Part shown: one piece after another, positions 38,560 through 51,099 of the stretch
Layout: each line of letters opens with the position of its first letter
Numbering within the stretch: position 1 is the first letter of the stretch
NCBI GenBank assembly: GCA_028534125.1
Contig: CM052818.1
Span: 26,538,001 to 26,602,000 of the forward strand
Reading direction: 5' to 3'
Origin: Lama glama
Lineage: Eukaryota
DNA: 64,000 nt
Translations under genes and position numbers: made by a program
Notes under the pieces: model-generated
Told to the model about the DNA's origin: nothing
Database searches by the model: none
What the model saw: the letters and a program-made list of their open reading frames with translations, nothing else

Positions 38560-38660
38560 GTCCTCCTCCTCCTCCTCCCCCTGCTTCTTCTCCTCCTCTT
38601 CCTCCTCCTCCTTCTTCTCTATCTCCTCCTCGCTCTTCCTTTCCCTCTATCCTTCTCTTT
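38560..38660. repeat. (CCT)n / CT-rich simple repeat
   Basis: Seen directly in the sequence. Confidence 0.85.
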
Positions 38661-38858
38661 AATAGACTTTATGGAGGAGGATGTTATAGTTTTACAGAAA
38701 AATTGGGGAAAAGTAGAGTTTCCATGTACTGCCTCCCTAGCTTTCCCTAGTATTAACTTTTTCCATATGTTTGTTACTGCTAATAAGCCGATGTGTTATT
38801 TTATTATTAACTGAAGCCCATGGTTTACAATGGGCTTCTCTCTTAGTAGTATACATTC
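38660..38858 (-). mobile_element. L1MC-like 3' end fragment
   Basis: TTTACAGAAAAATTG...AGAGTTTCCAT...TTATTATTAACTGAAGCCCATGGTTTACA. Confidence 0.6.
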
Positions 38859-41800
38859 TCCCCTCACATCTTTTTAACCGATTCTTTCCATGGATCTCCC
38901 TATTCCTGACCTGGTCCTTATTTTATTTGAAGACCCTGCTCTGCTCCATCATTTGCCCCAGCTACATCAAGCCCCTAATGCCTTTGCCTGATCCCCTCTA
39001 CTTCACAGTACAATTGAGCTTTTCAAAGCAATGTCTTTCCACTTCCCTTTTAAAATAGTGGGGTCGCCATGACATGTATATTTAACACAAGCCTTCCTTG
39101 TCCCAACCGATATTATCTCCCCTCTCAGAGGGGATCTTTCCTCTGCAGACCTGCCCTGGGATTCTGAGTCCACCATCCTATGCTTGCTTTTGCACAAGTC
39201 AAGGGAAGAATCCACAAGAGAGAATGAAAGACACTGCTTTTCTCACTCTGCCCTGAGATGTGCACTCCCTGACCACTTACTCACCACCACTCCTGTCCTC
39301 GTCAGACCGGAAAAAGAAATAAACACCAAGGGCCTCTGGCCCCCATCCTCCTTCCTTCCCAGAGCCCACTTAATTAGCTTAACTAATCAGCTAATGAGAG
39401 AGCACACACTCAGCTCCCTAGGCTTGAAAGGAAAGTCCCATCAATACAAGGTGTTAGTGGTGGTGCTGTCACCACAAGGTGACCTCCCATTCTGCTCAAT
39501 TTCCTTGTCATACCTGATTATCAGCAGTCCAGGAGTCCGTCCTCAGGCTCAGAGATGTCCCTCTAGCAACAGCTCCACTGCCAGCACAACTCAGATTTGT
39601 CACCGACTCCAACAAAGCTAGAATCTCAACACCTGCTGAAGTTGTAATAGGAAACTGAGATTTGGGGATTGCATATGGCTTTATTAAAGACTTTCATATC
39701 CAATTTACTGACTGAGTTTCAGGCCAATGGCATAGTTAGGCCACATTGATATGAATCAGTTTGACTAAATTCGGAGAAATATGTGTATGTATAATTCAGC
39801 CAGATAGTGCATTTTCTTTATCCACATGACACTGGTGATGAATTTTTCACTCTTTAATCAGTTGTTTTGACAAGTGTAGTCATAGATTAAGCTACCATTT
39901 TGTTTTTCTGCTTTATAGGAGCTGGGTTTAAAAAAAAAAAAAGACATCTTTTGGCACAATTTTTAAAATGGTATTTTCAAATCACAGTGGGGATTTGCCA
40001 TTTCCTCACAAGTTAAAATGCCTTTAGGATGTGTGTTTAACTGCATCCTCACCCTATCATACACAGCACAAAACTTACAAGCCCCAGTAGAGAATTTAGG
40101 GCCAATTTTATCGTTAAATAAACTCTGGAATGCCCCAGGCAAGATCGTTAACTTGTCTCCACTACAGACTAAATGTCCAAATAGCCACCTCCCTTCTGTG
40201 GGTTCCCACAGGGCTCTGGGTGTGCTCCATAGTCCACCCCCTGGCACAAGGAGACAATTGGGCCATTGTATTTAAAACAAGAGCAAGCAGCCAGCTCAGT
40301 TCAGCTCTATACACAGAGATGCAAAAAAAAAAAAATGGGCACCAAATATAGACCACTGGGACAATTTATTTGTCTTAAGAGTATTTAAGACACACAAGCA
40401 AGCCCCAGCAGGTTATAAATGGTCAACTTTGTACAACTGCTACACAAGTCTGAAGAGTATTCTATGTGGATTTCATTTAGAATCCCTATGGTAGGTCACA
40501 CCACGTAGGTGGCCTTGACAAGAGTCTACTCTTTGCATCCATGAAAACCCACGAGATTGAAGACCCACCCCGACACCCTTCTCCACACTGTATTTTTAAA
40601 GATTTATATCCTTGCCTTATTCAAAAAGTCAGTTTGAAATTCCCATTTGTTTCCCAAAAATAAAATGTTAGAATTAACGAGAGTCTTAAAAGTTCCAAAA
40701 GATCTTCTTGTTCAAGTCTCTAATTTTCAGGAAAGGAAACTGGCAGCCAGAAGGGTTCATACACCAGCTGAGCCAGCTGTGTTCTAATCTGAGCTTTATT
40801 ATCAACTCAGAGTCCAATACTTTTTTAGGTTACAAAGGTCACCAAAACTGTTGACTACAACTGAAATATATACATGTGTGTCTATCAGGGGAAAAAAAAA
40901 AGGGAAGGAGGGAAGGAAGAAGATTTAGAGCCAGGTTTTCTCATTCGTGATTTGTAGCAGGTATTCTGAATAGAAATACTGGGGCCTCCCCTTTGTTGCC
41001 GCAGAACCCACTCCTTTCTATCCCATCTATTCATCCACAATTTCTGAGGGTTTCAATGAGCTGGTCTGGCTCTCATCATCTCCTAGAATGGTAAACGTGC
41101 CCTCTCTCCCTGCAGTTCAGTGCTGTATACTGCAGAAATGACCCCGGGGACAGTGTCTTACCCCACCACAAGAGGGGCCTTCACAGCTCTGCCAAGCTTT
41201 GAAGTCCTGAATCACACTCTTCCCTGTGAGGATAAAGTTTCCATGTAAAGGCAGCTAATGATGATGACAGGGATGTAGGTGTAGAGGTTGCCTGAGTGAC
41301 AGCTGTGAGCCTCTTTGTTGAAGACAAGCAGCCAAGGGATAGAAGATTAGACAGAGTAAAACAAATCCATACAAGCGCAGGAGTCAGATTATAAGGCCAT
41401 TTAGCTTTGTATTCCAACACTGCGATGTACAAAACCAAGCAAGGGTGGCAGAAAGGAACCCAAAGTACCTGTCCCTTCCAGGAAGAGATTGCTGCCACCC
41501 ACTATTGGCAGAGCTGACCAGCCAGTTCCAAAGCCAGGATGATTCAAACAAGGTGACACCTTTCAAGCTTTCCATCCATCCCCAGCTTGCTCTGCGCAGC
41601 ACCAAGAATCAGCCCATGACCCAAGCCAGGGTCAAGGTGGCCGCAGCCCACAAGGACCCGGTAATGGGAGGGTCTGTCACCTAGCAGGCTTCTACTTTCC
41701 CTCTGTGTTAAGATGCCCGCAATGTTTCTCCACCAAAAAGCCCCACCTCTTCCTCTTCCTCATGGCCTTTTTCAGATGCTGAGGCTGCAAAACACAGAAG

Positions 41801-41974
41801 GGAAATACTCTGGACCAGGAGAGTGAACACCTAGTCGAGGCATCTTCCTGCGCCTGCTGGGGCCTGGGACAAGTCCCTTAACTGGTCTGACCTCTGTCAG
41901 ATAGAGCCTCATCTGTCAAGTTGGGAAAATAACCAGGAAGTATAGTTCATAGTTAACCCCTTTTAATGAAGGGG

Positions 41975-42225
41975 TCAGAGATCTGGGGTCAGAGACCCTG
42001 AGATTAAATCATAGCTCAGCTGCTTACTAGGTGGGTAACTGGGGATAAGTTTCTTGACTTCTCTGTGCTTCTGTTTTTTCATCTGCAAAATGGGGATAAT
42101 AAGACTGTTGTGTCAGTGAGCTGAGACAATGTACATGGGAACTAAACGTAATAAAGTGTGTAAGTTTGTTAGCATGAGACGAGGTAAAAACACTGTAAGT
42201 GTTAACCGTTTGCACTGCCATCATC
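41975..42225 (+). mobile_element. MIR SINE
   Basis: ACTTCTCTGTGCTTCTGTTTTTTCATCTGCAAAATGGGGATAATAA. Confidence 0.75.
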
Positions 42226-42689
42226 ATCAACCTTCTCCAGTCGAACAGAAACTGGCAAAACAGTGTTGATGTCTCCCCGAAAGGAATCAAGTGCTACACA
42301 TATTGCTGTCCTTAAAGAGGGAATCTGGTTTGCCATTTCCTTCCGTCTATTTTGCTAAGTCAAAGGAAGGGCCAAACCACTCTTTTTTCGCTTTGGGGAG
42401 ATAATGGGACCTGAGAAATGGACATTTTGCCCGCAATTTTCAATGGATCTGGAACAAAAGGAACCTGGAAAACTCAGATAAAGAGGGAACAAAAATCACC
42501 TGGCTCTGCTCGAACTTCCTTGAGTCTGGTGCATCTCCTAGTGGTGGGCTCCTAGAATAACTCTGAAAACTCAGCCTTCAGACAGAGTGAGGGAGAAATT
42601 GGAGGAGTCATCCAGTGTCTAGGATAATCAGAGCAAAGCCAAGATACTTCACTGTTTTTCAGTTTTGTTTTTGGTTTTTTAGATTGATT

Positions 42690-43875
42690 GCAGTTTTTTC
42701 CAGCTTTACTGAGATATAATTGACATATAGTTAAGTTTAACATGTACAATGTGATTATTTGCTACACGTATATATTGTCAAATGTTTACCACAATAAGGT
42801 TAATTTTGTTGTTGATGATGCTGTTGTCATTATGGTGAGAATATTAAAGGTATACTCTCATAGCTGCTTTCAGGTATACAACTACAGTATTGTTAACTAG
42901 AGTCACCGTGCTGTACATTATATCCCTGGACCTTATTCATCTTATAATTGAAAGTTTGTATATTTTCATCAACATCTCCCCATTTTGCCCACTCCTCGGT
43001 CCCTGGAAACCACCATTCTATTCTCTGTTTCTATGAGTTTAATATTTTTAGATACCACTTATAATAGATCATACAGTATTTGTCTTTCTCTTTCTGACGT
43101 ACTTCGCTTAGCATAATGCCCTCAAAGTCCACCCATATTGTCACAAATGGCAGGATTATCTTCTTTTTATGACTGAATAATATTTCAGTGTGTGTGTGTG
43201 TGTATCTCACATCTTCTTTTTCCATCATTCATTGTTTGACATTTAGGTTGTTTCCATGTCTTGGCTTTTGAGAATAATGCTGCAATGTCAAGGAGTATCT
43301 TTATGTTTTGTTCTAGGCTTTATGGTCTCAGGTCTTATATTCAAGTCTGTCATTCATTTGGAGTTGATATTTGTGGATGATGTATCATAGGGGTATAGTT
43401 TCATTCTTTTGCATGAGAATATCCAGTTTTCCCAACACCATTTATTGAAAAGACTGTTCTTTCTCCATTGAGTATTCTTGGCTCTCTTGTCAAATATTAG
43501 TTAACCTTATAAGCATGAGTTTATTTCTGGGCTCTCAACTGTGTTCCATTAGTCTATTTGTCTGTTTTTATACCAGTCCCATACTGTTCTGATTACTATA
43601 GCTTTGTAGTACAATTTGAAATCAGGAATTGTGATGCCTACAGCTTTGTTCTTCTTTCTCAAGATTGCTTTGACTATTCAGGGTTTTATGTAGTTCTGTA
43701 TGAATTTTAGGATTGCTTTTTCTATTTCTATAAATAATGCCATTAGAATTTTGGTAAGTATTACAATGAATCCATATGTGGATTTGGATAGTATGAACAT
43801 TTTAACAGTATTAACCCTTCTGAGCCATAAACAGATTTTCTTTCCATTTATTTGTATCTTCATCAATTTCTTTCA
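42690..43875 (-). mobile_element. L1MA-type LINE-1 3'UTR joined to an ORF2 segment
   Basis: 3' end CAGCTTTACTGAGATATAATTGACATA; ORF 43678-43866 (WLRRVNTVKMFILSK..EIEKAILKFI) is a decayed ORF2 WIGRINIVKMAILPK..EKTILKFIW. Confidence 0.9.
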
Positions 43876-44299
43876 CCAATCCAAGACACTTCTCTGTTAA
43901 ATGGACAGATAGTAAGTCTAGCTTCTCTATAAAGAGACATCAAGGAAATTGTGGGCCAGTGAAATCTCACCTCCAGCCTTCTGAGTACAAGAACCACAAG
44001 ACACAGTGTGTTTTGTGTGACCCCCGAATGAAACTATAAGAAAATGTTGTTGACTAGCAAAGTCTTTAGTGCCCCTTTGCTGTCTCCTACCCTAACCCGT
44101 CCCCACATCCCTTCCCAGGCACAATCAGAGCCCCATGAGACATTAACTCTGCAAGGACTGAGGAACTAGCCTTCACACGTGGGCTCCACATCGAAGTTGC
44201 TGTATCCCTTAAAGGATATTGCCTCTCAACACAGATGTATATATTGCCATAAAGTTCTCCAACTATTCAGTCTACACTGCACAAGGGTGTCCTTGGCAG

Positions 44300-44640
44300 T
44301 GTCCTCAATTTTATTTGATGGCAAAAATAGTTGAGTGGTTATATAAGCAACCATGCACTCACATGATGGAATATTATGCAACCACTAGAATGTTTATAAA
44401 GAACTTGCTAAAAAATGGGAAGTGTTTATGCTATAACAAAGTTTATAAGGCAGGAAAAAAATTGTGTATGCAGTATAATCACAAGTATATTAACAATTCA
44501 AAGAAAGGAGTCTGGCATAAATACACCAAGCTATTAACTATTTTTTTATGAATGGTAATACTTGGAGTGATTTCTTTCTATTTTTTAATCTTCAAAAATT
44601 TCTCTAATTGCAATGGATTAATTTTATAATAAAAATAATA
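44300..44640 (+). mobile_element. Old L1ME-type 3' end
   Basis: ATGATGGAATATTATGCAACCA...AAATACACCAAGCTATTAAC. Confidence 0.55.
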
Positions 44641-44659
44641 AGATAGATTCAGAATTTAA

Positions 44660-45240
44660 CAGGAACCAAAATGACAACACAGGAGGCTCCTGAAATTCCC
44701 TCCTCCCAGGAACACACCAAATTTACAGCTGTACATGGAGCAATTCCCTCTCAGAGAAGTTGAGAAATTGGCAATGCTATGAAACTAAAAATCAATTCTA
44801 AGAAAAACTGGAAAATTCACAAATATGTGGAGATTAAACAGCATGTTCCTGAACAATCAGTGGATCAAAGAAGAAAGCAAAAAGGAAAGCAAAAAAATAA
44901 CTTGATTCAAATGCAAATGGGAACACAACAACCAAAATTTAGGGGATATAGCAAAAGCAGTTCTAAGAAGGAAGTTTATTACAGTAAATGTCTACATTAA
45001 GAAAAAAAGAGAGATCTCAGATAAACATCCTAAGTTAACACCTCAAAGAAAGTGGTGGGGAGGGTATAGCTCAAGTGGTAGAGTTCATGCTTAGCATGTC
45101 TGAGGTCCTGGGTTCATTCCCCAGTACCTCCTCTAAATAAATATGTAAACCTAACTATTTCCCCACCAAAAAAAAAAAAATTTTTTAAGTAACTAGAAAA
45201 AAAAGAGCAAACTAAGCCCAGCGTTGATAGAAGGAAGAAA
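44660..45240 (+). mobile_element. L1 5'UTR-like piece fused to an ORF2 post-endonuclease segment; hosts a SINE
   Basis: ATGAAACTAAAAATCAAT...GGGATATAGCAAAAGCAGTTCTAAGAAGGAAGTTTAT corresponds to ORF2 MKLEIN..DxAKAVLRGKF. Confidence 0.75.
45057..45180 (+). mobile_element. tRNA-derived SINE (Vic-1-like)
   Basis: A box TAGCTCAAGTGG (45067-45078), B-box-like GGTTCATTCC (45111-45120), TAAATAAA and a poly(A) tail. Confidence 0.9.
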
Positions 45241-46355
45241 GTCTAATTTTAAAATAAATTCTGTTAACTCAGAAGTATAAAGCTCTTACATGAAATTATA
45301 TTGGTAAAAATATTATTAAAACAAGCCAATTAGTCTTTATTCCCATTGGAAACTAGGTCATCTGGCCACTGAAGGATAGAAAAACAGGAAGGAAAGCAAG
45401 AATGGCTCTGGCCTCCCCCAAGTTGCTTGCCTCTGGCGGTGGTATGTGTGAGCGTGCCCAAGTACCATGGTCCCCATGAGGAGAAAACAGCCCCATCCTT
45501 GCCTACCAGATGGCCAGCATGGCTTCCAAACTAAGAAAGCATCCATGAATTAGGGCATTCACCCCAGCTAGCCTGACTTAGAGCCTGGAGGACACTCTGA
45601 GAAAGATCAGGCCTGGAGTAAAATAATTTCCCAAATAGGAACACTTAGCTCCCTTCCAGTGTTAACCCAGAACGAATGTGCCTGGTCTCAAACTCTCCTG
45701 CCCACTGCAGGGCCTCAAGCCCTCCCATTAGACAATAAATATATTTAAATCACATCATTTAAAAATTAAAATTAAAGATATTAATAAGATTTTAAAATAT
45801 AATAAAATATATTAACCTTGTTCTCCCATCAAGCTACTATAACCTTCCGTTTACCACTAATGTCTTAAAAAAATTTTCTGTGCTGACTCCTCTTCCTCAC
45901 TACTTAGAATGATAATTTATTTAAATAGCTATTCCCAGGGGTGGTTTCTAAAAGATTTAACAACTGAAATGGCAAAATCAGAATGGGACACGCGCCAGAC
46001 TGGACAGCAGCCATGGAGAGGTAGTATGGTTGTGGTGGGGGTGGGGGCACCAGTAAATGGCAGCCGCCACTCATCCACTTGCAAACAAAGCTTCCAGGAC
46101 TCCACAAAGTTCATTAACAAAACATCCAATTTAATATAAACGTGATGGCTAGTATTGAGTGTGGGCAAATTCTCCCTAATTCTCCACAGTATTCTCCAGG
46201 TCTTCAAGTTCATGTCCTGACTTAGAATGTCTAAGGATAGTCATCCCCACTCCATTCTCATGTTTTGTAGTCCACCTCCCACCCACCCTGGACTGCCAAA
46301 TCACTTCATGATCCCTCCTTCTCTCTTCCCAAGAAACTACAGGACACTCAACAGC

Positions 46356-47455
46356 TATTTTGGGTTGGATTTTGTACCCCAGAAAGATGTATTGAAGTCC
46401 TAATGTTGCCGATGGATGCAACTGGTGTTCCAGGTTCTTGTCCCATCCCAGAAAGAATTCAGGACAAGACCTAGTGGTTAAAAAAGGTAAAGTGAGGATT
46501 TATTAAAGGATGGATAGTACACTCGTAAGGGGAGAGCGGGCAGGCTCAGGTGAGCGGCTGCCCTGAGTTTCTTTGGCAAGTTAGCTACATAGGGTGTAAA
46601 AATGAATGGGCAGAATATTCATTGGGGAGAGAAGGGTTTGGAGTTGTATTCCCTGATTATCATCCCAACTCCACCTTCCCAAAGGGAGGAGGGATTTTTG
46701 TCCTTATTTAGTGTGGATCAGAAGTGTCATGGCGTTGGTGCATGATGGGTACTTCTGATCTTCAAGGCTAATTTTATTGAAATGAAGGCAATGAGCAAAA
46801 GGTTACATTCTGACACTGGAAATTCCTGCCTTTTCTCACCTTTTTTGGTTCTTCTCCAGGCCACTTGTCACCCCAAAAAGCATGATCCCTTATCAGCCCC
46901 AACGTTCCTGCTTTTCTTTCTCTGCCCAGGGACCCCTGCTGCTTACATGATGTGTGGTTTCCTGCATTTGGCTTGTGCCCCTCCTTTCTGCCCAATTCCT
47001 GCCATTTGGTCTGTGTCCCCCTTTCTCTGCTCATTTCTAGCTATCTGCCTGCTCTAACACTAACACCCCAAACTTCAGAATGACTTTATTTGGAAATAGT
47101 GTCATTGCAGACATAATTAACTAAAATGAGGTAACACGGGAGTAGCATGGACCCCTAATCCAATATGACTGATATCTTTATTTAAAAAAATGAAACTTGA
47201 ACAGAGACAGCGAGGAGAAATAGCCAGGAGGGAGAGGTTGGAGCAATGCTGCTATACGCCAAGAAACACCAGGGGCTACCAGAAGCTTCAGAAGGCAACA
47301 AAGGATCTCTCCCTGGACAGCTAAAGGAAGTTTGGCTCCACCAACACCTTGGTTTCAGACATCCAGCCTCCAGAACTTCTAGAGAACAGATTTCTATGGC
47401 TTTAAGCCACCCAGCTTGTGATACTTGGTCACAGCAACCCTAGGAGACTAAAATA
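46356..47455 (+). mobile_element. MLT1B/C-like MaLR LTR interrupted by an ERV LTR
   Basis: TTGAAGTCCTAA|CACCCC...TTATTTGGAAATAG...CCCTAATCCAATATGACTG...CAGCCTCCAGAAC...TTAAGCCACCCAG. Confidence 0.8.
46404..47059 (-). mobile_element. Young ERV solo LTR (656 bp, probably class I)
   Basis: TGTT...AACA inverted termini; perfect 4-bp TSD CTAA (46400-46403, 47060-47063); minus-strand AATAAA at 46499-46504. Confidence 0.85.
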
Positions 47456-48126
47456 GCATCTATCTTGAATTCTCTCACATACCTCAGACCATCTTGAATG
47501 CTCTCTTGTACTGCAGAGTCCCTTAAAATTCCCCAAGAAGGTTTGAACCTTGGTCCTTTTTCTTCCTTCTGTGACTGTCTTCCTCTTAATTCTACTGAGT
47601 TATCTTTTCTCTCCACAAGAAATCACCTCCCGTCTTCCTTGGGCCCTCCCGTCCCCACTTAGAAGCTTGAAAGAGAGAATCCCTCTTTTGCATACTGAAA
47701 ACCAAAATAGACTTTAAAATGGAAGTCTGTTTTTAAGTTAGGATGTGACATTTGAAAGTTCTATGTGAACCTCTTACACACACATTTCATACCACCTCAG
47801 GATACGTCATTTTAGGGAATAAGTCTTAATAAGTTGAATGCTGTATTTCACCTTAGAAATCTAGCTAACTAGTATCTCTGAAGAGATTTAGTCCTATCTC
47901 ACTTTTACTTATGTTTTATTCCATTTATTTATTCCCACCAAACAATATAGGCATGTTCTAGACATGATTTTACAAAAACCAAAATTTAAAAATTTGAGTA
48001 ATAGAAGTTCAGCTATTACTGAATATAAATGATGTATAAACTTCAGATAACTTTGTTACTAAAGATGAGTTTTGGCTTTAATATACTTAAGTTAATAATT
48101 ATTAAATCTGCAAATACAATCTATAC

Positions 48127-48362
48127 CAGTGGTCTCCAAATTGTTTTAATTACTCTCCCATCAGTTAAAAAAAAAAACTATGTAGGTACTCACAGTATAT
48201 GTATATTATTTTTAAAATATATACATGTATAATGTACTTTAAAATATACTAAATTTAGAATTTTTAAAGGATGAAATTAAAAACTAAATATAAATAATAG
48301 TTCTTTTGTTTTCACATAGAAAACAAAGGCTCATCTTGAGAGCCTCACTTTGGACACCAGTA
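48127..48362 (+). mobile_element. MER112-like hAT-Charlie MITE
   Basis: TIRs CAGTGGTCTCCAAA / TTTGGACACCAGTA; AT-rich interior containing AAAGGATGAAATTAAAA. Confidence 0.75.
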
Positions 48363-50204
48363 GCTTACATAATAGTGCATGTGCCATGAAACAGTAAAAT
48401 CCTGAGTTACTTCAGCACTAATATAAGGGTGCTTGGAGGTATTTGAAGGTTATCATAGGACCGGCAATGGGGAATCCTTTTCACACCCTGTTACTCTTCT
48501 GTCACCTATACAAAACCTTTCCTGCCATCATAGCACAAGTTAGCAGGTTAGCAAAGTATAGGAATGTCAGAACAGAAATTTCACCAAAAGATAATATTCG
48601 AAGCCAATGATATGTTGAAAAAGAACAAACCTTAAATTCCAGAATTATATGGGTCTGTACAAATAGAAATAATAGTAATATAGCCATACATTGGGAGGAA
48701 ATATAATACTTAAGGCTCTGGTATTAGACCAAATTGAAGGGGGGGAGTCAAAAATATTGAGAGTCATCTCTTAATTTTAACTTCTTAATATTCAAACAGT
48801 GAATTCATATGACCTGGAATATGCCATACAAAACCCTATGCAAATGTCTCTTTGGTCTTTTCTAGGTACTAGTAAGTCCATTGGTAACGCACTTGATGAG
48901 AGGTTACATTGTAGAGTAAAAAGTCTTTACTGCAGCTTCAGTTTACTGAGTGCTTGATAAGTACCTTACAGACGTTATCCCACCCAGCTTCTCAAATTCG
49001 GTGTTCTCATCTGCAAACAGTAATAACTATCCCAAATAAGTAACTCCAGGGTCGTACAGCAATTAGGCCAGGGAGAATCTCCAGAGAGAGGGCCGACAAA
49101 TGCCAATGGGCTTCACTACTCCTATACTAACTGTCAGGAAGAAAGACTGCCTCATTCCACTAGTCACAGAAAAGACATCAAATTGCCTTTTCAACAATCC
49201 TAGTTAGTCCATTAAATCTTCTCTCCTACTCAGCAAATCAGATAGAGCAAAAAATCATTAAGCATTGGGCTACTCCATTCTTGACTTTTTCCTTATCAGC
49301 CTCAGATGAGGAAACGCTTGCCAGACAAAGCCTTTGAGAGGCATCCAGAATCTCTTCTGCTATCAAGAGAGACGTCCTTGAGCTCCTCTTGAGTTCATGA
49401 CTGACCTTGTTGTTGCTGATAACATCCTCTAAACTGATTATACTTTTGATCTGATTTTCTTATATTGAAAGGATGCTACTAGACAGTTTCTGGAAGGAAT
49501 GAGCCGTTGACTTGGAGTGCTTAAGATTTTCTCTCAGTTTAATAATTTAAACCTGGGACTGGAAAATGGGGGATGGAGTGGGGAGGTAGTCATTTCAAAT
49601 GTCCAGATACTAACCGAATAATAAATAGGGACTTACTCTTAACCAGTGTTATTATATTGTTGGGTAATATACGTATGAAAAAATACTGGAGTTTGAGAGG
49701 ACCCAATAAATCACACACTCTTCTCTCTCAGAGAGGATGGAGAGACAAAGGAGTAAAGCAGATGGGGAGCATGCCAGCACCTCTCTTATTAAAAAAGGCT
49801 ATATTGAACAGTGACGATTTAGCCCCTAGAAGTCTCTGAAATAACTCCTAGGAGTTCATCAGTTAGACTGATCCCAATACTACTTTTCATTCAAGGGAGA
49901 ACATTCATGCTGTATTCTGTTTTCTACTTTAGTCCATTCACAGTGTCCAAAATAGCTTTTCAGCAGTTCCGCAAAAAAAAAAAAAAAAACAAAAAGATCA
50001 TAAAAAACACTCCAGTGAGTATATGCTAGACACCTTATGTAAATTTAAACCTGCTTACCATGAAGTTCCTAGGGAGAAACTAAAATCCTTAAATTAAATC
50101 CATTTACAAATTTAAGTTTTTCAAAAAGGAAAATTCCAAATGAAATCAAGGCTAACATCAAATTCACTTTCCTTTATGTGTTAAAAATTTAAAGAAATCC
50201 TTCA

Positions 50205-51090
50205 AAACTTTCCTTTCTGGCAGTATGGCTGACTAGTATAACGAAAATTTCTCCTAATAAAAGATGTTTAATAATGCTGGAAAAATATACAAAGCATTTC
50301 TTTAAATGCCTAGCAGCTGAGTTGGCAAGAAAGTAATGGAAATCCTTCATGGTCAAAGTTTTCTTAAAAAAAAAAAAAGCACGCAAATCCAGCATGATAA
50401 TTAAACATTGAAGCAAACAGCTGCCCCCAAGGATCTGCTGATTTCTGGTAACCTAGAACATAAGTTTTAATGAGCCATAAGCAACAAGGCTATGACCTGA
50501 GGAAAATAAGATGACAGATAAAGGATTCCTGGTAAAGGCTGGACACCCACAGGATGATATCCTCAGAGAAAAAAGAAGCAATAATTCATAGAGACCAAAA
50601 GAACCTTGACTCTTATTAGTGGATCTAGAGGGGAAAGGCATATTCTCCGAGAATTTACATCCATAAACTGGTTCCCAGTTGGGTCTAGGACTGGAATTTA
50701 AAAGATGCATGTGAACAAACAAACAAACAAACAAACAAACAAAACAAGTTAAAAATTTTAAGTAGTCCCATCATGAGAGTGCCACTAGTCACATAGAAGA
50801 ATCAAATACGAATCCTCTCTGAAGGAATGAAACATATTTTAGGCCTCAAAGAATTTTCACATATAACAGATTTAAGGAACATAAGCTCATACTTAAAAAT
50901 CACCAAAAAATAAATTTAAAAATAAAATCAAGAAAACAAGCCAATGCAATTAAGAGTTGATAGAAGAACAAACGATTGATTCATATCCATAATTAATATG
51001 GACATTGTAATTATCAAATATACAATATAAATTATGTTAAATATGTTTGATGAAATGAACAATTCTGAAATTATGATAAAGTGAAAAAAA
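50205..51090 (+). mobile_element. Ancient L1-like 5' region with an (AAAC)n tract
   Basis: CTTTCTGGCAGTATGGCTGACTAG...GCTGAGTTGGCAAGAAAGTAA; A-rich downstream sequence. Confidence 0.5.
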
Positions 51091-51099
51091 AAAGAGGTT

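Noticed and set aside
39184..39621. Longest ORF in the window (145 aa)
   Set aside because: Non-ATG start, no recognisable homology and no supporting exon signals.
41163..41180. CTCF-like motifs (also ~40233, ~42530, ~45428)
   Set aside because: Each has several mismatches at core positions.
41971..41998. GGGTCA direct repeat with an 8-bp spacer (nuclear receptor DR8-like)
   Set aside because: Better explained as a 14-bp tandem duplication at the head of a MIR.
45057..45130. tRNA-like sequence with A and B boxes
   Set aside because: It has an AT-rich/poly(A) tail, a mutated B box and diverged paralogues in the window, so it is a SINE head and not a tRNA gene.
49240..49460. Stop-free minus-strand frame (ENQIKSIISLEDVISNNK...) as a possible exon
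   Set aside because: It is preceded by an in-frame stop, has no clear polypyrimidine acceptor and matches no protein I recognise.
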